The position numbers were made by a program, and so were the translations under genes. The notes beneath the pieces were generated by a model. The model was not told the origin of the DNA. It saw only the letters and a list, made by a program, of their open reading frames with translations, and ran no database searches. A stretch of DNA of 64,000 bases from a virus (taxonomy: Duplodnaviria; Caudoviricetes), in the IMG/VR virus record IMGVR_UViG_3300033179_000002, positions 1-64,000 of that record; one strand, given 5' to 3'. How positions within the stretch are numbered: the first letter of the stretch is position 1; every line of letters begins with the position of its first letter. This document shows positions 9,973 through 20,027 of this stretch, in pieces.

Positions 9973-10250
9973 CCGCCCGGATTCAACAGATCGCCTGGGT
10001 ACGCAATCACATAGGCGACATTGAATCCGATATGAGTGCCATCCATCGCATCGACGACATCTGGTCCATGAACGCGGAACGGTTCTACCGGCTGGCCTAC
10101 CGGCTTCCCGCCTACCAGGGGGTACTCCGGATGATCGCCGAAAACCAGGCCAACGAAGAGCACCGACGCAACGGCGGACCGGTCACCGCGCTCCCCGGCG
10201 GCGCCGCCCTGCCAGGCATGGAAGACCTGTTCGAGTACGCCACAGACTGA
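9963..10250 (+). CDS. Tail assembly chaperone, frameshift extension (GT)
   Basis: -1 frame reads IAARIQQIAWVRNHIGDIESDMSAIHRIDDIW...FYRLAYRLPAYQGVL. Confidence 0.8.
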   Translation, partial: GKIAARIQQIAWVRNHIGDIESDMSAIHRIDDIWSMNAERFYRLAYRLPAYQGVLRMIAENQANEEHRRNGGPVTALPGGAALPGMEDLFEYATD

Positions 10251-10277
10251 GGCGCTGACCACGGAGGAGGGGGCACG

Positions 10278-13064
10278 GTGGCACGGTTCGAGATCGCCGA
10301 AGGCTATCTGCAGATCGACGCCGAAACCAGTGCGGCCCTCGCCGACGTCAAGAAGTTCTTCGCCGAAGTCGACAGCGACCTGAAAGGCACCGAAAAGGAC
10401 TTCGCCCGCTCCGGCGACAAATCCGGTAAAAACTTCGCCAGCGCCAGCGCCAACGCCGCGAAAGGCAACAAAGCCTTTCAGGCCCTCATGGGTGACGTCC
10501 TGTCCGACGTCGAAAAAGAATTCGAGCACGGCGGGGAACATTCCGGCGAAAAGTTCTCGAAGGCGATCACCGAGTCGGTGCGGCGGCACAGCAAGACGAC
10601 CGGTAAAGGCCTCCTCGACGACCTGCTGCCCGGCGACATCGGCGGCGGCCGGAGTTTCTTCGCCAGCCTCACCTCTGGCGCCTCCCGGTTTTTCGCCAGC
10701 TTCGCCCGCGGCCTGTCCCGGATCTTCGGCGGCGGCAACGGCAGCCGCGGATTCTTCGGCATGCTGATCGCCGGGGCGGGCGACTTTTTCAGTAAGTTCG
10801 CCAGCGGCCTTTCTGACGCCATCTCCTCCGGCGCCAAGCAGTTGCAGCAGCTCGGGGAATCGCTGTCCGGTGTCTTCGAGAAGATCGGCAGCGTCGGCGG
10901 CGGTATCGGCAGCGTTGCCATGATCGGCGCCTGGGCGATCCTGATTCCCGTCGTCCTCGGCCTCGCCGGGGCGCTGGTCCAGCTGTCCGCGGCCCTGTTT
11001 GCCCTGCCGGCCGCCGTCGCCGTCCTGCTCGCCGTCATCGCCCCCCTCATGATCGCCCTGCACGGCTTCGGCGAGGCGATCAGCGCAGGCCTGTCCGGCG
11101 ACGTCAACAAATTCAACGAAGCCTTGAAGAAACTGGCGCCGAACGCGCAAAAGGTGGCGAAAGAATTTGTCGGCCTCGCGCCGATCCTGAAACAGATCAA
11201 GACCTCGGTCCAGGATGCGTTCTTCGGCCCGCTCGTCGGGCATGTCGCCCAGCTCGGTAGTACGTTGCTGCCCGTCCTGTCGGTCGGGCTGTCCCACGTC
11301 GCCGGGGCGCTGGGCCGGATCGCCGCCGCGTTCGTCGACCTGCTGTCCTCCCCTGCCGCGGTCAAAGGCATCAACGAAGTCTTCATGACGACGGAACGCA
11401 TCCTCGACCGGATGGGCCCGTCGTTGATCAAACTGTTCGACGGCATCGGCCGCCTCGTCGAGGCCGGCCTGCCATGGGTGGAGAAGTTTTTCGGCGTCAT
11501 CGGCGACGCCCTCGGCAGCCTCGGCGGCTGGCTGACCCAAATCACCCAGGATGGCAGCCTGAACAGCTGGCTTGCCCGCGCCTGGGACATCGGCAAAAAG
11601 CTGTGGGATGTCCTGAAAGGCCTCGGAGAATTTGCCTTCCTGTTGCTGAACTCGCTCGGCGACGAAGGCACCGACACGCTCAAAGGCATGGGCGATGCAC
11701 TGAAGAACATCAATAAGTATCTGCAGTCGAAGGAGGGCCTGGAAACCCTGCACAACCTCGGTGTGCTCGTCCACTGGGCCGGCAACGCCCTCGTCTTCCT
11801 CATGGACAACACCGTCGTGGCCTGGCGCGCGCTGAACGTCCTCTTCGACTTCATCCGCGGAATCGGACCGTTCTTCAGTGCACTCGGACACGACATCGCC
11901 GACATTGCCCGCGCCATCGGGCACTGGTTCGCCGAGATCGGCCGGACCGTCTGGGGTGCACTCGTCACCGCCACGAAAGCCGTCGGGGACTTCTTTGCCG
12001 CGATCGGCAACTGGTTCGTCGGCGTATGGAATGCCGTGGTCAAGATCGGCGGGCAGATCATCGACTGGTTTGCGGCCCTGCCCGGCCGGATCTGGGACTG
12101 GCTGCAGACACTGCCCGGCATGCTCAAAGACGCCTGGATGCAGATGTATGACGAGGTGCTGTTCCAGACCGGCCGCCTCGCCGGCATCCTTGTCAAATTC
12201 TTCGTCACCGACTTCCCCGGCTGGATCCGTGACGGCTGGGCCTGGGCGGTCAGCTACGTCGAAGAGGGTGCGAAACGCACCTGGGACCGGATCACCGCAC
12301 TTCCCGGCCAGATCTGGCAGGCCCTGACCGACCTCGGCAACCTGATCAAAAACACGTTCATGGACGCCTGGAATTGGGCGGTCGCCTACGTCGAGGAAGG
12401 CGCGACCAAAACCTGGAACCGGATCACCGCCCTCCCCGGCCAGATCTGGGGCGCACTGAAAGACATCGCATCGATGATCGGCAACTTCTTTGCGGATGCC
12501 TGGCGGCAGGCGAAAGACTTCACAATCAACGGCATCAAGGCCCTGATGGACTTCGTCTACGGCCTGCCCGGCAAGGTCAGTGGCGCGCTCAGCGGCGCCA
12601 AGAACTGGCTTGTCGAAGTCGGCCGCGACGTCATCCGCGGCCTCGCCGACGGCATCGCCGACATGCTCGACTGGGTTGTGGAACGGGCGAAAGACGTAGC
12701 CCGGAGGATCAAAGACGGCTTCACCAGCGTCTTCGACAGCCACTCCCCGTCGCAGGCGATGCGTCGCGACGTCGGGCGCACCCTGCTGCCCGGCATCAAG
12801 CTCGGCATGGACGACACCATGCCCGACATGCAGAAATACCTCGGCGTCACCGGACGGATGATCATCGACGGTCTCAGCCCGACGGTGAACGTCGCCGCCC
12901 CCAACGTGTCCGTCGGCGGCACCACACTCATCGCCGACCTCGGCGAAGGCATCCGCCAGGTGGTGCCGGTCACCATCATGCGCAACCCGACGACGGTTGC
13001 CGCCGCCACCGATGAGGGCCGTCGCCGCCGCGGCTGGGTGTACAGCCCGCGGGCGAAGTCGTGA
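10278..13064 (+). CDS. Tape measure protein
   Basis: 928 aa, Ala/Gly-rich and helical; IAEGYLQI N-terminus; Trp-periodic repeats (ITALPGQIW twice); follows the chaperone. Confidence 0.92.
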   Translation: MARFEIAEGYLQIDAETSAALADVKKFFAEVDSDLKGTEKDFARSGDKSGKNFASASANAAKGNKAFQALMGDVLSDVEKEFEHGGEHSGEKFSKAITESVRRHSKTTGKGLLDDLLPGDIGGGRSFFASLTSGASRFFASFARGLSRIFGGGNGSRGFFGMLIAGAGDFFSKFASGLSDAISSGAKQLQQLGESLSGVFEKIGSVGGGIGSVAMIGAWAILIPVVLGLAGALVQLSAALFALPAAVAVLLAVIAPLMIALHGFGEAISAGLSGDVNKFNEALKKLAPNAQKVAKEFVGLAPILKQIKTSVQDAFFGPLVGHVAQLGSTLLPVLSVGLSHVAGALGRIAAAFVDLLSSPAAVKGINEVFMTTERILDRMGPSLIKLFDGIGRLVEAGLPWVEKFFGVIGDALGSLGGWLTQITQDGSLNSWLARAWDIGKKLWDVLKGLGEFAFLLLNSLGDEGTDTLKGMGDALKNINKYLQSKEGLETLHNLGVLVHWAGNALVFLMDNTVVAWRALNVLFDFIRGIGPFFSALGHDIADIARAIGHWFAEIGRTVWGALVTATKAVGDFFAAIGNWFVGVWNAVVKIGGQIIDWFAALPGRIWDWLQTLPGMLKDAWMQMYDEVLFQTGRLAGILVKFFVTDFPGWIRDGWAWAVSYVEEGAKRTWDRITALPGQIWQALTDLGNLIKNTFMDAWNWAVAYVEEGATKTWNRITALPGQIWGALKDIASMIGNFFADAWRQAKDFTINGIKALMDFVYGLPGKVSGALSGAKNWLVEVGRDVIRGLADGIADMLDWVVERAKDVARRIKDGFTSVFDSHSPSQAMRRDVGRTLLPGIKLGMDDTMPDMQKYLGVTGRMIIDGLSPTVNVAAPNVSVGGTTLIADLGEGIRQVVPVTIMRNPTTVAAATDEGRRRRGWVYSPRAKS

Positions 13065-13110
13065 CCGGCCGCCGGACCAACGCTGACCACGGCAGGCCTG
13101 GAGGCGCGCG

Positions 13111-14022
13111 GTGACCGACACCAACATCTATTTCGGCCGGCCTGGAAGCCTGTTCACGATCCCACATCCGAAAGGCGAATTCGGGGCCTCCCGGCAACGC
13201 CTCCTCGACGTCTTCGAGCTCGGCGCCGGGGGTGCACGCATCGATCAGATGGTCGGCGGCTCCCGGGTCTACGTCATCCCCTACGAAGGTATGCCGCGCA
13301 CCACGTGGGCGCTGCTGCAGGCGTTCGCCGACGGCCATGAAGGCCCCGGCCCGTTCGCGCTGCTCGACCCCGGCCAGCGCAACATGTTGCCCGCCAACGT
13401 GTCCGCGGCAACCTCCGTCACCAACGGTGTCGACAACTTCTCGATCGCCGGATCCGGCTGTGTCATCGCGAGCAGCGCGCTGTACACCGACGCCGGCCCA
13501 CGTTCGGCCGCCTGGACGTTCAACAACGGCTTCCCGACGACCGGTGCCGCGCTCAGCGTCGACTGGCCGTCCTCGACGTTCCGCTACGGCGTCCCCGTGG
13601 TCAGCGGCAGGGCTCTCACATTCTCCTGCTATGTGCGCGGCGGCGGCACCGACGCGATCGTCACCTACACGCCGCGGATCTTCTGGCGGGACGCCTCCGG
13701 GGTTCTCACCGGCACCGCCACATCCGGCACACCGGTGGCCAGCGCCTCCGGGGCGTTCGCACAGATGTTCGCCACGGCGACACCCCCGGCGGGGGCGGTC
13801 TACGCCGACATGGACATCCGCTACACGTCCGGGGTGTCGGCCGGCTCCGTCGGCTACTTCCGGCGTTTCATGCTCAACGAAGGCAGCACCCCGGACACCG
13901 CCTGGATGCCGGGTACCGGCGTCTGGCCGGTCAAGGTCATCGGTCTCGAGGAATCGTGGCTGGGCCGCTTCCCCGACTACCGCACCGGGGTCGGTTTCGC
14001 CGTCCGCGAAGACACGAGCTGA
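13111..14022 (+). CDS. Distal tail / minor tail protein with carbohydrate-binding-like insertion
   Basis: First gene after tape measure; internal beta-sandwich segment (ALTFSCYVRG...AVYADMDIRY). Confidence 0.65.
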   Translation: MTDTNIYFGRPGSLFTIPHPKGEFGASRQRLLDVFELGAGGARIDQMVGGSRVYVIPYEGMPRTTWALLQAFADGHEGPGPFALLDPGQRNMLPANVSAATSVTNGVDNFSIAGSGCVIASSALYTDAGPRSAAWTFNNGFPTTGAALSVDWPSSTFRYGVPVVSGRALTFSCYVRGGGTDAIVTYTPRIFWRDASGVLTGTATSGTPVASASGAFAQMFATATPPAGAVYADMDIRYTSGVSAGSVGYFRRFMLNEGSTPDTAWMPGTGVWPVKVIGLEESWLGRFPDYRTGVGFAVREDTS

Positions 14023-14034
14023 AGGGGGCGGGCC

Positions 14035-17000
14035 GTGCAGGATGCCAGCATCAACTTCGGACTCGCCGCCACCGGCGCCGACCGGGCGTGGATGCCGACC
14101 CGGATCCGCACCGACTGGGACGGCATCGGCTACGCCGGGGACCGCACCATCGACGACCTCGGCTCACAGGCCGGGGCGTGGGCGGTCACCCATCACCTCG
14201 ACGACGGCCTGCCCGACGAGGTGTCGTTCGTCGCCGGGCTCGGCACCCCGGAGCTCACCGCCGCCCTGGCCGGCCGCGGGCCGCTGCCCGTCCCGGCATC
14301 GTTCACCGCATCATGGTCGACGTCGACGGCGAACCCGGGCGCGGGCAGCGCCGCCACCGCGAGCGTCGTGGTGCCGGCCGGGCTTGCCGTCGGCGAATGG
14401 GTGTTCTTCGTCGTCTCGATCAACCTGAACACGCCGACGATCAGCACCACCGCCACCGACCTCGCGATCGTGGCCGGCCCGACCGTCGACGGCGTCACCG
14501 TGCAGACCGTCGTCTACGCCCGGGAGGTCAACGCCGCCTTCGCCGCCGCGGGCGGCACCTACACGTTCGCCTGGACGGCGGCCACCCACTACACGATCGT
14601 CGCCGCCTCCGTCGGCGCCCGCGACGGCCTCGGCGACGTGGTACGCATGGCGTTCGTCGACGCCGACCAGACCGGGGAACCCGGGGCCGGCGTCACCAGC
14701 CACACCACCCCGAACGTGGCCAGCGATGCGGCATCCAACGCCGTCATCACCTTCTGGTGCCGGGGCACCACCGCCGTGGCAACCTGGACGCTGCCGGCCG
14801 GGGATACGAAGGTCATCGAGGCGGTCGGCGCCTCCGGCAGCGGCGACAACGTCGACGTCGCCATCGGCATCACCGACACGCCGGCCGCCGCCGGCAGCTT
14901 CACCCGGACCGCGACAACAACCTCGACCAGCAACGCCACCATGGGCATCGCCGTCTTCGCGATCCGGACCGGTGCCAGCATGTCGGCGCGCGCCTACTTT
15001 TCGCCGCTGCGCACCGACTCGCCGATCTACGGCATCCCCCGCGACATCAGCGACGTCACCCTCGACGTCGGACTCGTCACCGACTCCGGCCCCGAATATG
15101 TCCGGCTGTTCACCGGGCAGATGGTCGACCTTCCCGTCCCCGGCCAGCAGGCCGCCCTGTCGGCGATTTCGCAGCAACGCCTGAAATTGTCGGCGCTGGT
15201 GCAGGCACCCGCCGTTGCCGGCCGCTACGAGGGTGCCCGCGCCGACTGGGTCATCTCCTACGCCCTCGCCGCCTCCCAGGTGTATCTGTCGCCGCCGCCG
15301 CAGCCCGGCTGCCGGCTGTGGATGCCGATGCACGGCTCCATTCACGCCTTCCTGCCCAGCGACAACGGCCCCCTCGTCAGTCCCCTGTTCTATGGGCCCG
15401 GCGGTGTCGGACAGGACGATCAGACGTTCCGGACCGGGCCATACCATCTGGGCGCCAACTTCGGCTACAGCAACGCCGCCGGCACCATTTCGTCGATGGC
15501 CAACAACGGCAACAACCCGCCCCGGTTCGCCGACGGCGACCCGATGGTCAGCCAGGACGGGCTCCGCGGCAAAGCCGAAATGTGGATCTTCGGCCATGAG
15601 CTGGCCTGGAACCAGGCCCCGGCGGTCAGTGCCAGTCTGGTCCCCGGGTTCCGGTTCGACCAGGACAACGCCAACGGCACCTTCATCCGGGTCGGCATGA
15701 ACCGCAACGGCGTCGACACCGCCCGGCCCTGGATCTGGATCAACGACGGGACCACCAACAACGTCTTCTACTATGCGACCGCGATCCCCAATGATGGGCA
15801 GTGGCACAAGCTCGGCTACGCCTGGGACCTCCAGGCCGGCAACTGCAAACGATGGATCAACGTCGATGGTGTCGTGTCGACCGACAACACCTCGTTCGCG
15901 CCGTCCGGGTTCCCGGCGACAGTCGCCTACAACCCGGCCAGCCCCGGCATCCAGGCGCAGTGGCCGATCGCCGAACTGCAGATCACCGCGGGCGCCTACG
16001 CGAACCCGGACAACCATCCGTGGCTGTTCGACATCGCCTTCGCCCCCGACGTCAAGATGACCCCGTCGCTGATCAACCTCGTCAATGTGGCGATGACCCA
16101 GCCGCAGGAGGCGTGGGCGCTGATCGGCGCCTACGCGCAGGCGGAGCAGGCGATGCTACGCCCCGACGAACAGGACGTGATCAACTATCTGGGCCCGGCG
16201 CACTGGGTGAAGGCGGCACAGCAGGTCATCGTCGACCGGTACGACACCGGCACCAACGCCGCGCCCATTCCCGTCTTCCAGGACCCGACGAAGATCCGCA
16301 ACTCGGTCCGGGTGACATACGGCCTGGCGCAGTCCTCGACGCGGTTCATCATCGTCGGCACCCTGTCCAGCGAGCTGCCGTTCCCGCCGGGGGCAACGAC
16401 ATTCGTACTGCCGCTGACCACGGCGGGGGTCGAGCTCCGCGGCATGACGATCGCCGTCAACGATGGCACCGGCACGCAGCCAACGGACACCAACTACATC
16501 ACGCTGAATACGTCGGTGGACGGCACCGGCTCCTACGCCACAGCCACACAGGCAACCGCCAACGTCCTGTCCTGGCATCCCGGCGCCGCTCTCATCGAGA
16601 TCAACAACCTGACCAGCGCTAATCTCTACGTCGCCAACAACAACAACTGGCCCGGTTTGGCGATCGCCGCGAAACCGCACTATGTGACCTCGACCTTCGT
16701 GCTCGACAGCGACGACGCCAGCATCCTGGAGCGTGGCGAACGATCCTTGGCGATCACCTCCGATGTTGTCCAGCGGGAGGTCGACGCCCGCCGGCTGGCC
16801 CGGAACCTGAAAACCAACCTGATGCGCCCCACCGTGATCATCGGCGACAGCACCCGCGGCATCCCGCTCGCCGGGGACCCCCGCCGGCAGCCCGGCGACC
16901 TCGTCACCGTCCACGACGCCGAAACCGGCATCGACGACGGCCTGTGGCGGGTGCAGAGCATCGAACACGCCGGGGACGGCGCGAAGTTCCGACAGTCCGC

Positions 17001-17106
17001 CGTGGTCAGACGCACCCTGCCCATCATGGTCATCGGTGCGGGCCTGATCGGCCGCACCATCATCGGACCCGACAGCACCATCACAGATCCGGAGCTGGGA
17101 CTATGA
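14035..17106 (+). CDS. Large minor tail protein (baseplate hub / receptor-binding)
   Basis: 1023 aa; LamG-like WHKLGYAWD segment; C-terminal GDPRRQPGDLVTV hub motif. Confidence 0.7.
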   Translation: MQDASINFGLAATGADRAWMPTRIRTDWDGIGYAGDRTIDDLGSQAGAWAVTHHLDDGLPDEVSFVAGLGTPELTAALAGRGPLPVPASFTASWSTSTANPGAGSAATASVVVPAGLAVGEWVFFVVSINLNTPTISTTATDLAIVAGPTVDGVTVQTVVYAREVNAAFAAAGGTYTFAWTAATHYTIVAASVGARDGLGDVVRMAFVDADQTGEPGAGVTSHTTPNVASDAASNAVITFWCRGTTAVATWTLPAGDTKVIEAVGASGSGDNVDVAIGITDTPAAAGSFTRTATTTSTSNATMGIAVFAIRTGASMSARAYFSPLRTDSPIYGIPRDISDVTLDVGLVTDSGPEYVRLFTGQMVDLPVPGQQAALSAISQQRLKLSALVQAPAVAGRYEGARADWVISYALAASQVYLSPPPQPGCRLWMPMHGSIHAFLPSDNGPLVSPLFYGPGGVGQDDQTFRTGPYHLGANFGYSNAAGTISSMANNGNNPPRFADGDPMVSQDGLRGKAEMWIFGHELAWNQAPAVSASLVPGFRFDQDNANGTFIRVGMNRNGVDTARPWIWINDGTTNNVFYYATAIPNDGQWHKLGYAWDLQAGNCKRWINVDGVVSTDNTSFAPSGFPATVAYNPASPGIQAQWPIAELQITAGAYANPDNHPWLFDIAFAPDVKMTPSLINLVNVAMTQPQEAWALIGAYAQAEQAMLRPDEQDVINYLGPAHWVKAAQQVIVDRYDTGTNAAPIPVFQDPTKIRNSVRVTYGLAQSSTRFIIVGTLSSELPFPPGATTFVLPLTTAGVELRGMTIAVNDGTGTQPTDTNYITLNTSVDGTGSYATATQATANVLSWHPGAALIEINNLTSANLYVANNNNWPGLAIAAKPHYVTSTFVLDSDDASILERGERSLAITSDVVQREVDARRLARNLKTNLMRPTVIIGDSTRGIPLAGDPRRQPGDLVTVHDAETGIDDGLWRVQSIEHAGDGAKFRQSAVVRRTLPIMVIGAGLIGRTIIGPDSTITDPELGL

Positions 17107-17645
17107 CCGCAACCTACCCGATCGTCACCCTCGGTGACGGCACTGTTTCCGATGCGGCCTGGTTCGCCAACATCACCGACTCGGCCAACGATCACGAGAC
17201 CCGGCTGTCGGCCGCCGAGGCGACGATCGCCACATCCTCAGCCTCCAACGTCGACCCGACGACGACACGGACCACCACCAGCACCAGCTTCACGACGACG
17301 CTGACCGCGGCGCAGATCTGCGGGGTGGCGTTCACCGCGCCGACATCGGGCAAGGTGCTGATCACATGGCGGTGCACGCTGGCGAACTCGGCCAACAACT
17401 ACACCGCATGCTCATTCGGCATCGCCACCGGCAGTGTCGTCGGTTCCGGGGTCGCATTCCTGGCGCCCGACGACGCCCGGACCGTATCCACCGACAGCAG
17501 CACCTTCGAAGGCCAGGGTGCCAGCGAATACGTCAGCGGCCTGACCTCCGGCAACGCCTACAATGTCGCCCTGTACCACCGGGTCGTCGCCGGCACCGGC
17601 TCATTCGTCCGGCGCACCGCAACAGTGATCCCCCTTCTGGCCTGA
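17103..17645 (+). CDS. Minor tail protein
   Basis: ATGA overlap; Thr-rich beta domain typical of actinophage minor tail proteins. Confidence 0.65.
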   Translation: MTATYPIVTLGDGTVSDAAWFANITDSANDHETRLSAAEATIATSSASNVDPTTTRTTTSTSFTTTLTAAQICGVAFTAPTSGKVLITWRCTLANSANNYTACSFGIATGSVVGSGVAFLAPDDARTVSTDSSTFEGQGASEYVSGLTSGNAYNVALYHRVVAGTGSFVRRTATVIPLLA

Positions 17646-17681
17646 TCTTTCCCCCGCGCACCGCACCAGGGAGGCATACGC

Positions 17682-18044
17682 ATGTGGCAGCGGCTTGACG
17701 ACGAACATGGAAAACGGGTCGAGGCGGAACCCCTCGGCCACGGCACCGTGCTGGCCGGTGTCGACGACCCGCGCGACGGGACACCGGTGACGATGCAGCG
17801 ATGGCGGCACACCGACGGCCGGCTTGCCGTGCACGTCTCGGATGCGGATCCGGAACTTCTGGAGCTCAGTGCAGGCCGCGACATCATCGCCGAATACGAC
17901 CTGCCGGGCGTCCTGACCGTTCCGAACCCCGTCGACCCGCTTGACGGCGCCCGCCCGGTCCGGTACGTCGCCGCCAACTTCGAACCCCCGGCGGACAGCG
18001 GCAGCGAACCCGACTGCTGGGCCCTGCTCTACGGCTGGTCCTGA
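17682..18044 (+). CDS. Hypothetical protein
   Basis: GGGAGG RBS; operon position. Confidence 0.55.
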   Translation: MWQRLDDEHGKRVEAEPLGHGTVLAGVDDPRDGTPVTMQRWRHTDGRLAVHVSDADPELLELSAGRDIIAEYDLPGVLTVPNPVDPLDGARPVRYVAANFEPPADSGSEPDCWALLYGWS

Positions 18045-18095
18045 GCGTACTGGCCAGCAGGATCCGCAGGCCTTACCCTCAGTACGGATGTTCGA

Positions 18096-19085
18096 ATGAT
18101 GGGAGGCATGGTCGTGGCGGTCAATCCGGCAGACCCGTACTACCGGGCGGAGACGGTGCCGCCGAGCATCAAGACGCTTGGCGCGCACCTCTGCGCCTTC
18201 TACGCCGTCGGTGTCGACAACTTCGGCGACCGCGGCAACCTGGCACACGTCGACGGCTACCACCGGTCCCGGCGCTACAACCAGGTGCACGCCCCCGGCA
18301 ACTATTCGGTGCAGTTGGCGCTCGACAAGGCCGGTGACGGCAACACGATCCGGGCCTTCGACATCACCCCCGGTGTCTGGGGTTCGGCGGATAACCGGGC
18401 CAAGATGATGCAGATGACGAGGCGGATGCGGGTCGCCGCGAAGGCGCACGATCCGCGGATCCGCACGCTGCGGGAGTTTGCCGGCACCGAAGACGGCGTC
18501 CACGTCGTCACCATCGACATGCAGACCGGCGCCGACCGCACACCGTTCGACGCAAGCCACCTCGACCACGGCCACGGCAGCATCTTCACCGCCTACGCCG
18601 CCGAGGATCACACCGGCATCTTCGAGGTGCTGACCGGCACCGCAGTTCTGAGCACGGAGGAGGATGAACCCATGGCGAACACGTGGACCCAGCCGCTCAC
18701 CCAGGGCACCCCCGGCTACGCCGGCCAGCAGCGCGACACCGCCCTGGCGTTCACCTGGCAGGCCAGCAACGAGGCCGCCCAGGGCGTGAGCAAACTGCTC
18801 GCCGCCGCCGAGGCCGACGAGGTCCGCGACAAGGCGGCCCTGGCCGCGATCCAGGCCCTGGCGACCGCCGGGGGTGTCGACGGGGCGCCGATCGTGGCCG
18901 CCGTCAACGCCGTCCGCGACGAGGCGCGCGCGCGGTTCGCCGAGCTCGCCACCGCGGTGCACGACGCCGAGATGCGGGCGACCGCCGCCGAACTGGCGCG
19001 CGACGAGCTGGAACGCGAGCTGGCGGCGGCGTACGCGAAGGCGGCCGGCGGCCCGGCCCAGACCCCCGGGTCCGGCAGTGGGTGA
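18096..19085 (+). CDS. Endolysin, probable LAS/M15-like zinc peptidase with helical C-tail
   Basis: GDRGNLAH..GYH...RAFDI...SHLDHGH metal-ligand pattern; followed by membrane genes. Confidence 0.6.
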   Translation: MMGGMVVAVNPADPYYRAETVPPSIKTLGAHLCAFYAVGVDNFGDRGNLAHVDGYHRSRRYNQVHAPGNYSVQLALDKAGDGNTIRAFDITPGVWGSADNRAKMMQMTRRMRVAAKAHDPRIRTLREFAGTEDGVHVVTIDMQTGADRTPFDASHLDHGHGSIFTAYAAEDHTGIFEVLTGTAVLSTEEDEPMANTWTQPLTQGTPGYAGQQRDTALAFTWQASNEAAQGVSKLLAAAEADEVRDKAALAAIQALATAGGVDGAPIVAAVNAVRDEARARFAELATAVHDAEMRATAAELARDELERELAAAYAKAAGGPAQTPGSGSG

Positions 19086-19354
19086 GCACTCGGCGTGGGC
19101 TCCCCTTCCGCAGAGACATCCCGCTGTTTCTGCTCGGAGCGATCGGCATCGGCTACCAACAGGTGACCGAGCGGTACTACCTGCCGTTGATGGTGCTCTA
19201 CGGCCTCATGGTCGGGGTGCCGGGACTGGCACAGCTCATCCTGGCGCTACGCGGGTTGGCGGCGCCGGACGAGGACCCGGACAGTGGAACTACCTCTATG
19301 CCGTCATCGTCGGGGCCGCTTCCGCAATCGCAGTCCTCTACATCCTCACCCTGA
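19082..19354 (+). CDS. Membrane protein (lysis cassette)
   Basis: Two hydrophobic segments; GTGA overlap with endolysin. Confidence 0.6.
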   Translation: MSTRRGLPFRRDIPLFLLGAIGIGYQQVTERYYLPLMVLYGLMVGVPGLAQLILALRGLAAPDEDPDSGTTSMPSSSGPLPQSQSSTSSP

Positions 19355-19380
19355 TCCTGCAACATCACGGAGGGTAACCC

Positions 19381-19662
19381 GTGACCCGTCGTCAGCTAGC
19401 GTATTTCGCCCTGGTTCAGGCCGTGATGTTCTTTGCGCTCGCTTTCGGCGGATACGGGTACACCAACTACGTCGATCACAAGCGGGTGCAGGGCGAGCGT
19501 GCGGCGGCGCTCGAACGCCAACGCCAGTCCGAGATCACCCTCAAGGTCATCTGTGACATGGCGACCGCGCAGGAGGATGTGTTCCGCGACTCAACCGGTC
19601 AGATCGGGTTGAAGGCGTTCAACGCCTGGCAGGCCCTGGCCACCCAGTTCCACTGTGAATAG
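19381..19662 (+). CDS. Single-TM coiled-coil membrane protein (lysis accessory)
   Basis: N-terminal TM then helical domain with two Cys; GGAGG RBS. Confidence 0.6.
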   Translation: MTRRQLAYFALVQAVMFFALAFGGYGYTNYVDHKRVQGERAAALERQRQSEITLKVICDMATAQEDVFRDSTGQIGLKAFNAWQALATQFHCE

Positions 19663-19684
19663 CACACACGTTCGAGGAGGCATC

Positions 19685-19975
19685 ATGTCCGTCCCCGCTC
19701 CGGCCGGCTCCCGGCCGCGCCCCGTCCTGCTCTACGGCATGATCAACACCGCCGTGCTCGCCTTCCTCGGCGGCGCCGGTGCCGTCGACCTCATCCCGGT
19801 CAAGGTCGTCGCGCTCGTCGCGCTCGCCTGGGCCGTCGTCGGCGGCGCCTGGGCGTTCTACGTCCAGTCGGTCACCACGCCCGTCAGCAGCCCGCAGGAC
19901 GCCCGCGGCGTGCCGCTGGTGCCACTGGACGCCGTGGATGCCGGCACCGGCGGAACGCCCACCACGACGAGTTGA
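19685..19975 (+). CDS. Holin
   Basis: Two TM helices; PVLLYG...VTTPVSSP pattern; GAGGAGG RBS. Confidence 0.65.
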   Translation: MSVPAPAGSRPRPVLLYGMINTAVLAFLGGAGAVDLIPVKVVALVALAWAVVGGAWAFYVQSVTTPVSSPQDARGVPLVPLDAVDAGTGGTPTTTS

Positions 19976-20000
19976 CACATGATGTGTCACACGATAGCCT
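19972..20000 (+). promoter_or_regulatory. Operator-promoter
   Basis: TTGACA-17-TAGCCT with palindrome TGACACATGATGTGTCA at 19973-19989. Confidence 0.8.
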
Positions 20001-20027
20001 GAGGCCTTTCACCACCTGGGAGGCCCC

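Noticed and set aside
9741-13127. 1128-aa minus-strand ORF and other long antisense ORFs (e.g. 41721-43937, 14311-16017, 33590-35119)
   Set aside because: These are shadow frames caused by high GC3 on the true coding strand. They have no RBS, no motifs, and fully overlap well-supported genes.
19663-19671. Self-target of guide U4 (CACACACGT); also single hits for U5 at 28482 and U7 at 11832
   Set aside because: Only one 9-mer matches at each site and the partner spacer is not adjacent. About 0.5 chance hits per 9-mer are expected in 64 kb on both strands.
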